Source: Marsupella aquatica (taxonomy: Eukaryota; Plantae; Marchantiophyta). From it: 64,000 bases of DNA. Positions 34,501 to 46,900 of this stretch are shown here, one piece after another. The notes below the pieces were generated by a model. The model searched no databases and was not told the DNA's origin. It worked only from the letters and a program-made list of their open reading frames with translations. Each line of letters opens with the position of its first letter. The first letter of the stretch is position 1. The stretch lies in contig OZ316897.1 of assembly GCA_973895155.1 (NCBI GenBank), positions 6,810,470 to 6,874,469 on the forward strand, in the 5' to 3' direction. Both the position numbers and the translations under genes were made by a program.

Positions 34501-36140
34501 TTAAATGAGGAGTTGAAGACGGCCAAGGCCGAGATACTACGGCTTAACGATGAAGTTGAAGACGTATCTCAGGAATTGGAGGAGGGCAAGGATAAGATGA
34601 TTGGGTTGCAGAGGCGTGCCGACAATCAAACGCAGAAATTGAAGAAGTATGCCGAAGCAGGATATGGGTCACCAACTGAAAGGCTTCCCGACAGTAGTAT
34701 GGTAGGCGGAAATATAGTGAAGCCAAAGCCGAAGCCAAGCTCCCTATTGTCAAGCGTGACTGGGGGCAAAGCCATGCAGTTGGTGGCAGACTTGGCAAAG
34801 ACGTTCATGGGGCCAGGCGATAATAAAGTTAAGGCCCTTAAAGCCACTCCGGAGGAAGTCAAGAGCATGGCCGCTCACATTTGTGGTACTGTGGCCCTGA
34901 AGGCAGCGGTGGTAGAGGTAAGTATTGCGGATCAACTTGGAGCTGCGGTAACAGGTTTAGATGATGATACTACTTCTATGGACGCACAGAACGTGAAACC
35001 GTGGGTTACTGAGACCGAGCGCATCGGGGAAAAGGCTTGGATTGAGGAAGTTAAGGCAAAGGCTCTCCAAGCCGTTTCCCAGGAGGATGCCAATGTAGAT
35101 GCCGATGCCAAGACCGAGGCCGGGGCCGGCAAACCAGAAGCCGAAGTCGAGGAAGCCGAAGGGGTCAGGCCGGGGCCGATGGCAGGAGAAGGTGCAGAGT
35201 CGGAAGATTCGGACTTACCCCCGGTCATCTGACAATTAAAGAGGGCCAGTCATCGGTTGGAAGGAGGACGTAGCAGCAGGAGAAGGGCTTGGGCCAGAAG
35301 GGCGCGGCCGTTGTAGGATGGGATAGGGCAAGTAGCACCCTGTCGGTTTAGGTAGTAGTAGATGCTCGTTTCACACAGGGTTCCGGGCTATTCAAGTTTT
35401 TAGGTGATAGTTTTTTGGTAGGATTATCGCGGTGGAAGGCCGTGTGTGGTGGTTAGGATTTCCGTTTGTTTTTTCCTGAATGCGCTGCAAGGATAAAAAC
35501 CTGGGCAGCGTGGCTTCGGGGGCTTTTTCTTAGTCAAGGCTTTAGTGTTAATCTGTATTGTTGTGAGCACAGGAAGCTCTCGGCTAAATCTAGACCGCAG
35601 GGTATCAGTAAACCACCAGTTCCCTTGGATTTCTGAGCAATTGTTTGAATTGAGTTGGCCTCGTTGCATAGTTCGCAGATTCTTGCCTTCCAAGAAATTG
35701 AGTGTTATGATATCTGTTGCTTGATCAATTTGAGTCAGACAGGGTGAACTGTTGAGCAAAATACAATCGCATTGTCTTGATTGGAGACTGCCCAATCAAA
35801 CTCTGAGAGAAAAGTGAGGATTGAGAGTGTTAGTCGGTGAAGTGTGGGTTGAGTCAGTCTGAAAAAGACCTTCAACCAGCTTAAGAAATTAAGCCGTAGA
35901 GGTACATTCCGGGGGTGGAATACAAATATACCTGAAGAAGTTAAAGCGGAATTAGGTGTCTCAGTTGTGCACAATTCACAAGCCCAGTGAAAGAATCGGT
36001 CCGGTAAGTGTGGATCGAAGGAGAGTATCGCGTTTCCAAGCCGAATAGCTGCCATAAGGCAAGAGGACGGACATAAACAAGTGGTTTATGATCGGTTGAG
36101 GGTAGTTCTCGGGGTTAGAGGTCTTGGGAAACGTGCCACA
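31505..36140 (+). mobile_element. Solo giant LTR, family B (4636 bp)
   Basis: TGTGATG...GCCACA termini with TSD CCCCC on both sides; encodes a diverged homologue of the family-A LTR protein. Confidence 0.9.
31855..35232 (+). pseudogene. Family-B LTR-encoded protein with three in-frame stops
   Basis: ORFs 31768..31965, 31981..34065 and 34252..35232 share one frame. FRSFPGPSTKNGFFRNQCTNPHIGQLIDFLRVTLHC is conserved with family A. Confidence 0.85.
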
Positions 36141-37254
36141 CCCCCCACGGCCTGGGGTCCCTCCACGGCCTGATCTCCCCCCACGGCCTGGATTGCATTG
36201 TCCAAACCTCCCTGGAGTCCCTGCACATTTATGGGATCCATTAGGTAAGTATGAAGCATAAATTTTGCTGCCAAATATACACTGGACTTCAGAGCAATTT
36301 TGCAATGACCAAGTTACCTCTCCCTTGGCACATAGATGGTTCTGGACCACCTGTCCAATTGCTTTGTCTTGATGAATTAGGGCCGTTTCTCCCGCCTATG
36401 AATGATTGCCTCCTATCTGAACGTGGATGGCCTTTGTTGTTTTCGTGATTGTCTCAATCAGAGTCTGCATACCAACAGGTACATGCCACACTTATGGACC
36501 TGTAAGATAAACTCTTTGCCCTAGCTAGCTAGACATCAGAGAAGTCCATATTGAGCTAAATCTCTACTACCATCACAAAATCACTAGCACAAGGCACTTA
36601 CTTGTCCAATCATCCTCCTCACCTTTCCATTGCCCTCTGTACCCGTCTCTACCACGCTCTGGGTGTTCATATTCATCCCATCCATCTTCTGCTCCATCAT
36701 AGTCATCATCATAATCATCACGCGTCCCTTGCCAATAACTCTGGCTCCTTCTAGGGTATGGATTATGTGATTTCTCTCTAGCTGCCCACCTACCTGGCAC
36801 TTCATGAGGGCCCTGTGCATCCTGCACAGGTGCATTTTTTTGTGAGCCCCCTGCATCTGGGTCTCCATCCATATCCAATCTTTCCTCTTCACCCCACTCT
36901 CCAAGCCCCATGTCTGTCTCCATGTCATCACCCTCTTCCCCCATAGCTTCTGCACAGCACCCACAACCAAACAGGGAGAATTAGCACACTAAATTCAAAG
37001 TATCAATCAATTTCATGCATATCCAACTATCCTAAACATCATTCCAGGCATCAATTCCCGTTCTATGACTCTGTGCAGGTAGTCATCCTCAACCTCATAC
37101 TTGCCAATTGTGACGCCAATGACATGGTCCTTATTTTGTAATCTGATTAAGTAGGTTGCTGTATGCAAGGAGTAGCTATTGATATTGCATAACAATTAAC
37201 AAGATGGCAAGAATAAGGGCAATCATGGCGTTAAGAGTAGGGAAATAAAAGCTA

Positions 37255-39470
37255 TGTCGCGGGTGGTCGATGACCATATCTCTTTCAATATGTCACCAAA
37301 TCCGGATCTGTAAAGAGCATTGGAAAGATCTGGTCAAGGCGAGTAAAATCGATATAAAACACTCGGGAAACGGTGGTGTATTAAGGAAGATACGGCCTGA
37401 TTAGTGTGACGGGTTAACTTGTGGCCGGAATTAGCGGGTTCGGTTTCAGTTTCGGGTTAACCCAAGCTCGACCACGGCTTAGCTTATGTGAGCACGGCTT
37501 CAGCTTAGCTCAGGTCAGCACGGCTTCAGCTTAGCTTAGGTCAGCACGGCTTCAGCTTAGCTCAGGTAAGCACGGCTTCAGCTTAGGCTTAACCCGGGTT
37601 CGGATTAGATTGATCCCGGGTTAGACTTAACTCGGGTTAGCCTAAACTCGGGCTCAGGTTAGCATAGGTAAGCTCGGGTTCGGGCTCAGCTTAGGCTAGG
37701 ATAGCAGATAGCGGATAGCGGGTAGCGGCCTAACCCAAGACCACGGGTTAGCTCTACTCGGGTTAGATAGGATAGCTAGGTTAGCCGAACTCGGGTTAGC
37801 TATGTAACTCGGGTTAGCGCAACAGTGAGTACCCCCTCTCGGTTACGGGGGCATAACTCTCTGTGTATTTGACCAAATCGGCTATAATTGACCTCGTTGG
37901 AAAGAGGAGCTCAAGCCGCTTCCAACGCTGTTATCCACGCAGCAAATGGTTGAATACAGAAATCGGGAGAGGAGGCGTAAGCTCGCAAAAACCATGGAGG
38001 AGGGCCGAATCCGAAGTACATAGCCAATTCGAGATAGAAATAAAGTTGCGAGTTAGGGTTCAGTAGTTAGAGATAGTGGCGGCTCTGTTAGGGCTGGGAT
38101 GGGGCTCCAGCAGCGTAGCATCCACCCATTTGGGCTCAATGAGAGAGTATATAGAGCAGCCCTCCGGTAGAGGCAGGGGGGGAACTTCAGTTGTGTGATC
38201 TCACTTAGACTGAGTAGCAGGGAGGAGCTTTGTGCAAGCAAGGCTGGACTTGGACGCTGCGTGTTGGGGAGAGCTTGGTTGTGCTATTACTCAGGGAGTA
38301 ATCAGCCAAGCTTCACAACAACGGGTTGCTAGGTTTGCGAGCTGGATTGTGGCTCTTTCTAGTGGGCAACACAACTGGGTTCTTTTCCCCCGATACAGAG
38401 CCTTGGTGAAGGTGATGTGTTGGTGATTGTAAACTGTGGGGAGGATTTCAATGCGATTTGCGGTGGGCACATTAGGGAGGCTGAGGTACTGATTTAGGGG
38501 CAGCAGGAGGAGCATTTACAGTTCAGTCTGGCAAGGCTACGTGATCCATGGGGAGTCCCGGCCTTTGTCTGGTGGAGAGCACTAAGGGATCTATGGCCAG
38601 AGCTGAGCTTGCAGGGCAAGCATGAGGCCAGGCCTCATTGTAGTTTGGGGTAGATCGCCGTTAGGCCTGGTACCAGCTTTGAAGTCGAGTCAACTGTGCA
38701 TGCGTACTTGACATTCTGAAATGGAGGTGTGAGATCTGTACGTGCCCCCAAGAATGAAGTGCAGTGAAGGAGGTTGAGTTCAGGATTGAGTTTGCAAGGC
38801 AAGTACGGGATTGGTTCGAGTCCAATCTGCCGTCGCAATCTGGAGTGAGTCGGGCTCAGGTTCAGGATTGAGCTTGCATGGCAAGCACGGGGCTTGCGGG
38901 GCAAGCACGTCGCAATCTGGAGGAGACAGCCTTCGGGCCTAGTGTTCGGATCAAGTGTTCTCAGTGAACTATTGTGCACATCTTTGAATCCAATTGAGTT
39001 TTCCTTTCAGGCCTCATTTCTCTCATGGATGTGTGTGTGTGAGGCAATCTGAGTGTATGATGAGACTAGCAGCGCCACTGAGAGGTGTACCGGGTGCATT
39101 GAAGTGGGTTGGGTGAGGGCTGTCACAGCTCTGATTGCTGAGAGTGGAATGGCAGAGTGGTGGGGCAATGGCTTAGAAGTCCCTAAGCCGGGAATCAGTC
39201 AAGAGTCACTGGTTTATGGGTACATTCCGGCGGCGGAATAGAAACATACCTATGACAGTAAGCATACGTATAGACCTATGCGCACCGTAGCGCTAGGCCC
39301 TGTGTGTACGGGCCCGATATGAAGACCCCTTCTCACCAGAACTATCATGAGCGCAGATCTGATCCCCAACCTTGGTTCCTTGGGATTGAGCTTGGGTGAT
39401 GTGTGATAGAGCTTTGCTATGATAGTCTGGTGTTAAGGGCATAAATTGGTGTTTATCGGCCTTCACAACA
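37255..39470 (+). mobile_element. Putative LTR of a third family (C), about 2.2 kb, without the large ORF
   Basis: TGTCGC follows a purine tract ending AGCTA, and the segment ends ...CACAACA. It carries the CATTCCGGCGGCGGAAT..AAACATACCTA motif ~250 bp from its end, as LTR A and B do. No TSD was found. Confidence 0.45.
37471..37820 (+). repeat. 26-bp tandem repeat (CACGGCTTCAGCTTAGCTCAGGTCAG, about 4 copies) grading into AACTCGGGTTAG repeats
   Basis: Read directly from the sequence. Confidence 0.85.
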
Positions 39471-39575
39471 TCCCTTCGTGATCCTCAGGTACAAGGAGAT
39501 GGTTTTGGCACCCATAGTGACGTCTTTGGTGTTAAGACCCATGTCAATCGCGTGACACCAATCGCCAGCTGTTGC

Positions 39576-40747
39576 CTATTGCACATCATCAACCTCATCA
39601 TATTCCATCTCCCTAGGTTCATATGTCTCTCTCAATATCAACAGGATGTAGTCGGTCCCTGCCCGAGTTGGAAGTACAATCTCCTGACTAGGATGCTCGA
39701 ATGCAGCATGGTCATCCAAACTGAACTCTACTTTACTTCCATCCATCCGCCTGTTCCGTGCTTGGCTATGGCATACCACCCTCTAGTCATATGACCCCTC
39801 CACATCTAGAAAGAAAGCCTGTTCAACTTGGTTAGGAAAAACAAAAGGCTCAGACCATTCTGGTACTCTGGACCTAAAATTGGCCAACAAGAACCCATTA
39901 GGATCACGCTTCATGGTGGCCCTTGGCCTCTGCCATTCTAATTTCACCCATGCTCCCTTCATCAATATTACAGGGACACTTGTGTTACCATTATTCAAGA
40001 CCCAAATGTCTGTCAACTCCCCCATGTAACCCATCTTCATCCACCCCCTCTGTTCTTAAGAGGTTCTCTGCTCAAACACAGATATGAAACCATAATCATA
40101 TGATACACAATGGTCACCCTACTCATCCCTCACTCAATAATGATTTCCATAAGCTCTCATCCGTTTGTAGGTCAGAATAGACAATCGTGGTGGCACAGAT
40201 AGAAGATACAAATCCTTCTCCATATTTGGGTGATGTCTACTATGCTCTCGAATTGCCACGCGAATCCACTGCTCGAACTGTGGGAAGGGATCCTGCTGCC
40301 CAGAGTGTGCAGCTTTTTGCATATATTATATTCCCTGCAATATGAGGTACAGGCATAGTTAGGTCTAAACAACACATGACAACCTAAGATCACCCTTGGA
40401 ATAGACAAGAAGCATCACAACAAAGGCAAGTCAATTCAATCACTCACCTCCACCATGGTTGCATAGGCTCTATGTTCGCCAACACATATGAATGAGCCTT
40501 GTCTCGAATCGCAATAGACAGCTACACAACACGTCCCACACCTTCAACAACCTTGCCACTCACTCCATTATCTTCACCAGATTTCCAAACTCTTGTCATA
40601 GCTTCACCAGACCCAGCCATGTACTCTGTTAGGAACCCCAACGTCTCATCCTTAATGTACCCCAATGCCATGGAAGCCTCTGACCTGTAGTATGTTCTCA
40701 CATGACCTTTCAACAACTTCATGTATTGCTCCATAGGGTACATCCAT
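39576..40747 (-). pseudogene. CACTA-2 transposase C-terminal exons (DUF4218/DUF4216-like)
   Basis: WMYPMEQYMKLLKGHVR...EASMALGY; RMRAYGNHY; EPFVFPNQVEQAFFL. Cut at 40748 by CACTA-3. Confidence 0.88.
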
Positions 40748-43700
40748 CACTAGAAGTATCCGAGGTGAACTAAGACTGCAATATGTGACTCATTTTGGCT
40801 CATGTGACTTCATTGTGACTCAACGTGACTTGACCCACGTTGTGACCCTTGGAGTTGCAAAAGTTGAGACCAAAAAATGGAAGTCACTATTGATACTGGG
40901 CTTTGCAACTTGCTTGATACCCATTTGTGACTGATCTGTGACTTTATTGTGGAGTCTAGCCTTGTTTCTACGTGACTGCAATATGACTTTAACGAGTCAC
41001 ATGGTAAGTCATATACATGACTTGCTCGCATTCAACAACGACTAGCGTGTGACCATTTAGTGTCACAGGAGAGACCAATGGAGACCCTGGCCCGGGTCAC
41101 ACAACAGAACCATTTGGGACTCTATATACTCATGTTTATAACTAATAAGGTTCACATGCAAGTTGTAACCATGACTAATGAACACAGAGGGACAGTTCAT
41201 AAGGAGAGAGAGCACTTCACATTACAATACATAGAAACCTGATGTTCTAACTTTAGAAATATAACACATTGAATACAAGAAATGAACATAGCATGAATGA
41301 CATCCACATCAAACAAAGCATCATATAAGCAGATCCTACATAAAACATTCATAAGAATTAAACATAATCACAATCTTGCTCTAAAATTTAGATCATTTGA
41401 ATTCCAATGGAATAGTTTACAATGTGATCAATGTAATTCAGACAAAACAGGAACTCATAATTGATGACTGCAGGATGAGATAACTGAAAGCACATGCATG
41501 ATACTATGAATCTCCAAGAGGACATGATTCTTGTACTCCTTCTTCACATCTAAAATCTACATAACATGACTCACACTACAAACAAATAATGGCATGACAT
41601 TGTTATGGATCCTCTATGAACTTGCTTGGCCATAATACCAAAGAACCTGCAGCATCTCCAAGTGTCTTTTGAGGAGGATCATCATTTGTGTTTGGAATGG
41701 GAAGGACAGCTTTAGGTTTCACTAGTAATGTGACTAACACTACTGAATAACCTGGGGGAATCCTCTTGCCATGGAACGTTGTGGAACCAACCTGCACTCT
41801 GCCAAATCCTACTCGTGTTCCACTCTCATCAACAGCTAACAAGCCACTTTGTCCCTCAGCATTAGGTGCTTTCCCCACTTCCACCTTAGATCTTTCTGCC
41901 AGCACTATTCTTGGAGGTTTGTATGAAACCTTTGACGTGGCTCTGCTCCCACCAGCAGACTTGCTTTGTGTGCGCATGCTTCCTCTCTTCACAGTAGTGA
42001 AGCTAGGCTCAATAGGTTCCTCTGTTAGGACTGTCACAGTAGCAGGTTCATCACCTGGGAGTGTCATACCAACTAACTCTTTGGTTGGTTTTATCTCAAC
42101 AAGAGGCACACCTGTCATTGAGAATGATACATTCTGCAAATCATTTATCTCTTCAATGGAGTCAAGATCTACATAGCATGAATCTAGCTCAATGGTATCA
42201 TTGTCATGCTTGCTGATATCCTCATTTGCCCCAACATTGATATCATCCACTCCCTTGCCAATGTCATCCTCATCCAAACATGGTTGACTGCCCTCTGTCA
42301 AACAAGTTGCTTGTACAGACTGCAACTTTGTTGCCTCTAAATTACAGCGAGTATTTGCCAGGTTCTCATACTTCTTCTCTGCAGCACCTGTCTTATTCTC
42401 TATGGACACAACAACCACAATATATGTTACTAAAAATAACACATTCAACAAACAATGTCAATTCAAACTATACATTTACTAATCATATCCCACACAGTTG
42501 TAAAGGCCTTACCTTCAAGCATGCCAGAAGAGTGCATGAACTTTGCCACCTCAAGTGGTGATGGTGGAACTCCTACAGAATTGGAATCAATTTTATCTCT
42601 CATCGACACAACAGCTTCCATTAATGTCTTGAAGTTCACATGGAACAAGTCAGTCAATGAATTCAAACGTTCATTGATCTCTGGAAGACATGTTTTGACA
42701 ACCTTCAAATGACCACTTATCTCTGTAAGTGAAGATCCACCTCCCTACATGACATAGGGGTATAGGTTCAATCACTCCATATGAAATGTTGGGCAATATA
42801 TGCACAATCAATGTTATATACAGTGTACACCTGAAATTCAACGCAGGTCATTCAATTACCAATCAGAACTCATATAACTTACATGCTTGGAGGATTCAAA
42901 TGCACCCTCTTGAGCCCGGGTGTTCACAATTCCAGCCCTCAACTCTTCTTTTGAAGGGCTTTGCCCCAATTGGGTTTTCTGCACATGCATGGCAAAAACA
43001 AGTTATCATTATTATTTAGGGAACGTACACTAAAAAACAAAGTTTACATGTATGGGTTTACACTATAAAACAGTACATAGTGTAGCATAAATTACATAGC
43101 TAGGCCATTGATTTTTACCAAACGTTTTGCTGTCGGTGCAGTGCCAGTCCTTCCTGTCAGATTAGGGTTTTGAACACTCAACCTGGCCTCGATCATCTGT
43201 GAACTCTTCTTTTTTGAAGCATCTGTTACAAAATAAGCTACTAACCTTGCCCACACTTTATCATCACAACTGGCTGGTGGAGGCATGTCTGGCTTCTCCC
43301 CACCTTCCTTCCAAGCCTTATGCATTCTCCACCTCTCTTGCTTTATGATTTTACTAGCTGTACTCTCTAGGCAACCTATGTCCACGCCATCATCACTGCC
43401 CACATAATTCCATTTGGCAGCAACATTTTCCAGTCTTCCAATCTTTTGGATGCTATTTTTAAAAATTAATAACACTCACATCTAACCAACGCAATACTTC
43501 AGCTTTCAAATCAGCATGCCATTGGTTCTTACGAGGACATTCTACATCCACCCATTGTCTCTCATTCAACTTTACGTTCCCTTTCTTTGTCACCTCCCCT
43601 CGTGCACTGCTCTCGGTAGTACTAGGCGTTGTATTGGCCACCCCTTCATTCACCCTACCTGGGGTTTTGAAGCCACCTGGGAAAATACAATGCCATTCAT

Positions 43701-43998
43701 GCTTGAGAACTACATACAGCAGAATGGATGACGGCAACATTCAATGCTTCACTTCAAGAAAAATTCTTCAAACATACATACCTGTAGCTCTGCTTGTAGA
43801 TGCCTGTGTAGGGACTGCACTCTGGAATTGTTGTGACCCTGGACCACCTGTCCAGCCTAGTACAGGGGCCGGATGATGTCACTTTCTAGGTATGTGGCTG
43901 CAAACATATGTACTGAAAACGTAGTACAAACTATAGGAAAACATATGAACATTCACCAACATACCTGGCCCCCTTCCGTACTGCATCTGCATAGGGGC
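40748..43998 (-). mobile_element. CACTA element 3 (same family as CACTA-1, inverted); interrupted by the gypsy element at 43999
   Basis: CACTAGAAGTATCCG at 40748 with GTGACT subterminal repeats; ~43260-43998 is the reverse complement of ~16071-16812. Confidence 0.8.
41603..43740 (-). pseudogene. CACTA-3 accessory gene exons (TnpA/Ptta-like and Tnp1-like domain)
   Basis: ORFs 43459..43740, 43092..43475, 42463..42708 and 41603..42451; homologous to the CACTA-1 and CACTA-2 accessory exons. Confidence 0.7.
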
Positions 43999-46900
43999 TG
44001 TGGTGCGTCCCATGGCTCCCTAAACCCAAGAAACCCCCCAGCTCAAGCCGATTCCCGCGGGTTTCGCGCTTGGCGAGGCCGTTTCCACGGCTTAGCGACA
44101 TGGGACGCTGCTAACCTTCTACTACTACTATTAACATTTTACACACATATACTGGACAGATCCTTCATCGGGTCATGAGATACGTAGCCGGCCTAATCTA
44201 GGCCTTCCCCTGTCTTCCCCTCCGTCTTGTTAGGTATGTTTGGATTCCGCCGCCGGAATGATCCCCAATAGGCTTGGTTAAGCCGCTAAGACCTCTCTCA
44301 GCTCGACACATCCAACTCTCACTCCCTTGCTTACTTTCCTTCCTTCTGGTTGATGTGGGCACTCTTCACACAAGTTAATGCGACACACAAATAGCAAAAT
44401 GACTCATTCTGACTGAGTCATACCATGCACTTGCCATACAAACAGTACATCTCATACACAAGTTCTGCGAACTAAGCCGTGAGGCCAACTCTATTCAGCT
44501 CTTAGGCATGAGGAAACATGAATATACACAAGGGTCATTGTATGACTAACCGAGAGCTTCTCGTACTACTTGATCCCAGCCCGGCTGGTGCAAACTAAAA
44601 ACTTGCTAAAGAAGAGGCCCTGAGCTCCCCGCTGCCCAGGTACTTATCCTGGTAGTGGATCCGCCATTCTTTGCATCGTAAGCCTAATCTACTTAACAGT
44701 AATCTACTTGCCCGAATCTACCTATGTACAGCAAGGCAGGAGCACAAGTGTTGCTCCTACCAGTGGGACCGCAATCCCACTAAGCTAAGTGTCAGGGCCG
44801 CTCCTGGTTCTGATCCTAATCCTAAACGTGGAGATCCGCGCCCGCCCTGCCCACTCACGCCTCCTCCCTCCACGTCCGCCCTCCCTAAAAGGAACGACGC
44901 CCTTGCACCGTCACGACATCGGTGGTGGATCCTTAATGGACGCCCCCAACGCTTCCTCCTCAGCCACTGCCGTAGGCTCATTCCCTGACAGATTACCTGC
45001 CCTTGACTGAGTCAACTCTCCATCGGCCTGACTGGGTCCACCATCGGCGTCGGCATCGGCTCGGGAATGGGTTACGGCCTCAGCCTCGGCTACGGTCTCC
45101 CCGGCTTGCTCAAGAGGCGGATCTGGAATACCGGCCTCATTACTGAGTAGTTCGGCTTGGGCCGCACCACCCCCACCTGTGATGATAGCGGGATATATTG
45201 CTGTATTCATGCCGGAGGATGGTGCTGGTTCTACCTCTTTGGTCACCATGGCTTGTGGAGTCGGATTACTCCTTGACCCTGAAGGTTTCCGCTTTTTCTT
45301 CTTTTCTGGTTCGGCAGCTGGTCCCTTCCCCTTCCCACTTACTTCCGGCACTGGTGCAGTTGGCGCGGATTTTTCTTCGGCTAGTACCACTCCTGGTAAC
45401 TTGGTTGCCCCAATTGGAGTTGGGCCTGATGAAGACAAGCACTTAAATACTGCGGCTTGTTTCTTCAGCCGCTCCATTTGGTTGTCGGCCCGCCGCTGGA
45501 GGTTCTCCATCTTCCTCGTGATTTCCTCCAACTCCTCCTGGGTCTCATCCAGGTCCTTGCGTGCCTCCTCTAGTTCCTTCTGGGCTTCCTCCCGTTCTTG
45601 TTTCAAGGTAGTCCTCTCCTCCTGGGTTGCTCTTAGCTCCTTGTCGAGCTCTGCAATGATGATAGACTCCATCTGGTTCATCTTGGCGTAAGTCTGTTCG
45701 AGCATCTCGTCCTTCTCCCTTAGGTCGGCCTTGAAGCTGGCCGTCAGGGACGCAAGCTCCTGCTGCAGCACCATAATCCCTTGATAGGATTTCCCTAACT
45801 CGGCCTCCTTCTGCTCAAGGGCTCCGCGGATTTTCTCGAGCTCCCCTTTCAATGCCCATTCCTTTCTTTGGGTCTCCGCCATGGCCCGGCTGTTGGCTGT
45901 TATGTGGGCCTCCTCTGTATTCTTCAGCTCTTGCTTCCACTTCTCCCTCTCTTTGATTGTGTCGGCCAACTCTCCCTGCGTCTGAATCAGTTTATCCTTG
46001 ATATTCTGATTATCAGCCTGCGCGGTGTCCAACTGCCCCTGCATGATGTTCAGCTCATGTCGTTTAATCCGCAGTTCATCTTGGGCTTTCTTGGCCGCCC
46101 TTAGATCTTCAATCTCGGCTTCCATCCTCCTAAGCCGCCGAATGACCTCGTCCTTCTTGCTTCTCTCTAAAGCCACCGCTTCTTCTAATTGGTGCTTCTC
46201 CAACTGCTCCCTATGGAAAAAGGGTCCTACCTCCAACTCCTCTCCAAAGATGCCGAGCGCAAGTTCCCCACACATCTCACCATACTCCATGGCTCTATTC
46301 TTAGCGTAGGTGGAGTAAGTAGAAGTGATCGGCATCGCCCATCGCGGCCTCTGCTCCCAAGCCGTCTTGCGGATCTCTTCAATTGTGGCTAGAGGTTTGC
46401 TTCCTTTTTTGGCTAGCCGCCTGATGTCCTCCGGCCAATCTCCTCCTGGTAAATCCTTTTCCTTAGCCAGGGCTGCCTCCTCTTCCTGCTTGATTCGCTC
46501 CTGAAATTCCTGCACCGTCTGTTTTATGCCGTCGAAGCTCGGGGGAGCAACATCTGGTGGGGAGACTCAGGGCTACTCTGCTGGTTGGGGTCCCCTCGCA
46601 CTACCCTTGGAAGTGTGGGGACAAACCGGCCACAGGTCCTTACTCCTGGAACGTGATGGTCCGACCCATAGCCGGAATTATCATGGCTGCAGTCCTCCAC
46701 TGCCTCCTCTACCTCTTGGACGTCCGGCTTCTCCCTCTCCTCTTCGTCGGTACGAGCTTCAGGCAATTCTGCGTCAGATTCGGAGCTTGAGGTTCCCACG
46801 TACATTCGAACACCTGGCTTGGATTCCGGCCTGATTCTCTCCTTGTCTCCAGCAAAGGGGTTTTCTCTTGTGAGCCGGTGTAGGCCTACCTCTGTAGTAG

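Larger units (their letters stand above)
16814..40747 (-). mobile_element. CACTA element 2 (inverted), hosting the MULE, the family-B LTR, a putative family-C LTR and CACTA-3
   Basis: CACTAGTAGAAACCGG at 16814 cuts the CACTA-1 accessory exon. Minus-strand accessory exons rejoin in frame across the insertions, and transposase exons lie at 39576-40747. Confidence 0.75.

Noticed and set aside
38355-38364. CTTTCTAGTG as a CACTA right terminus
   Set aside because: The match is short, has no subterminal repeats, and lies inside the putative family-C LTR.
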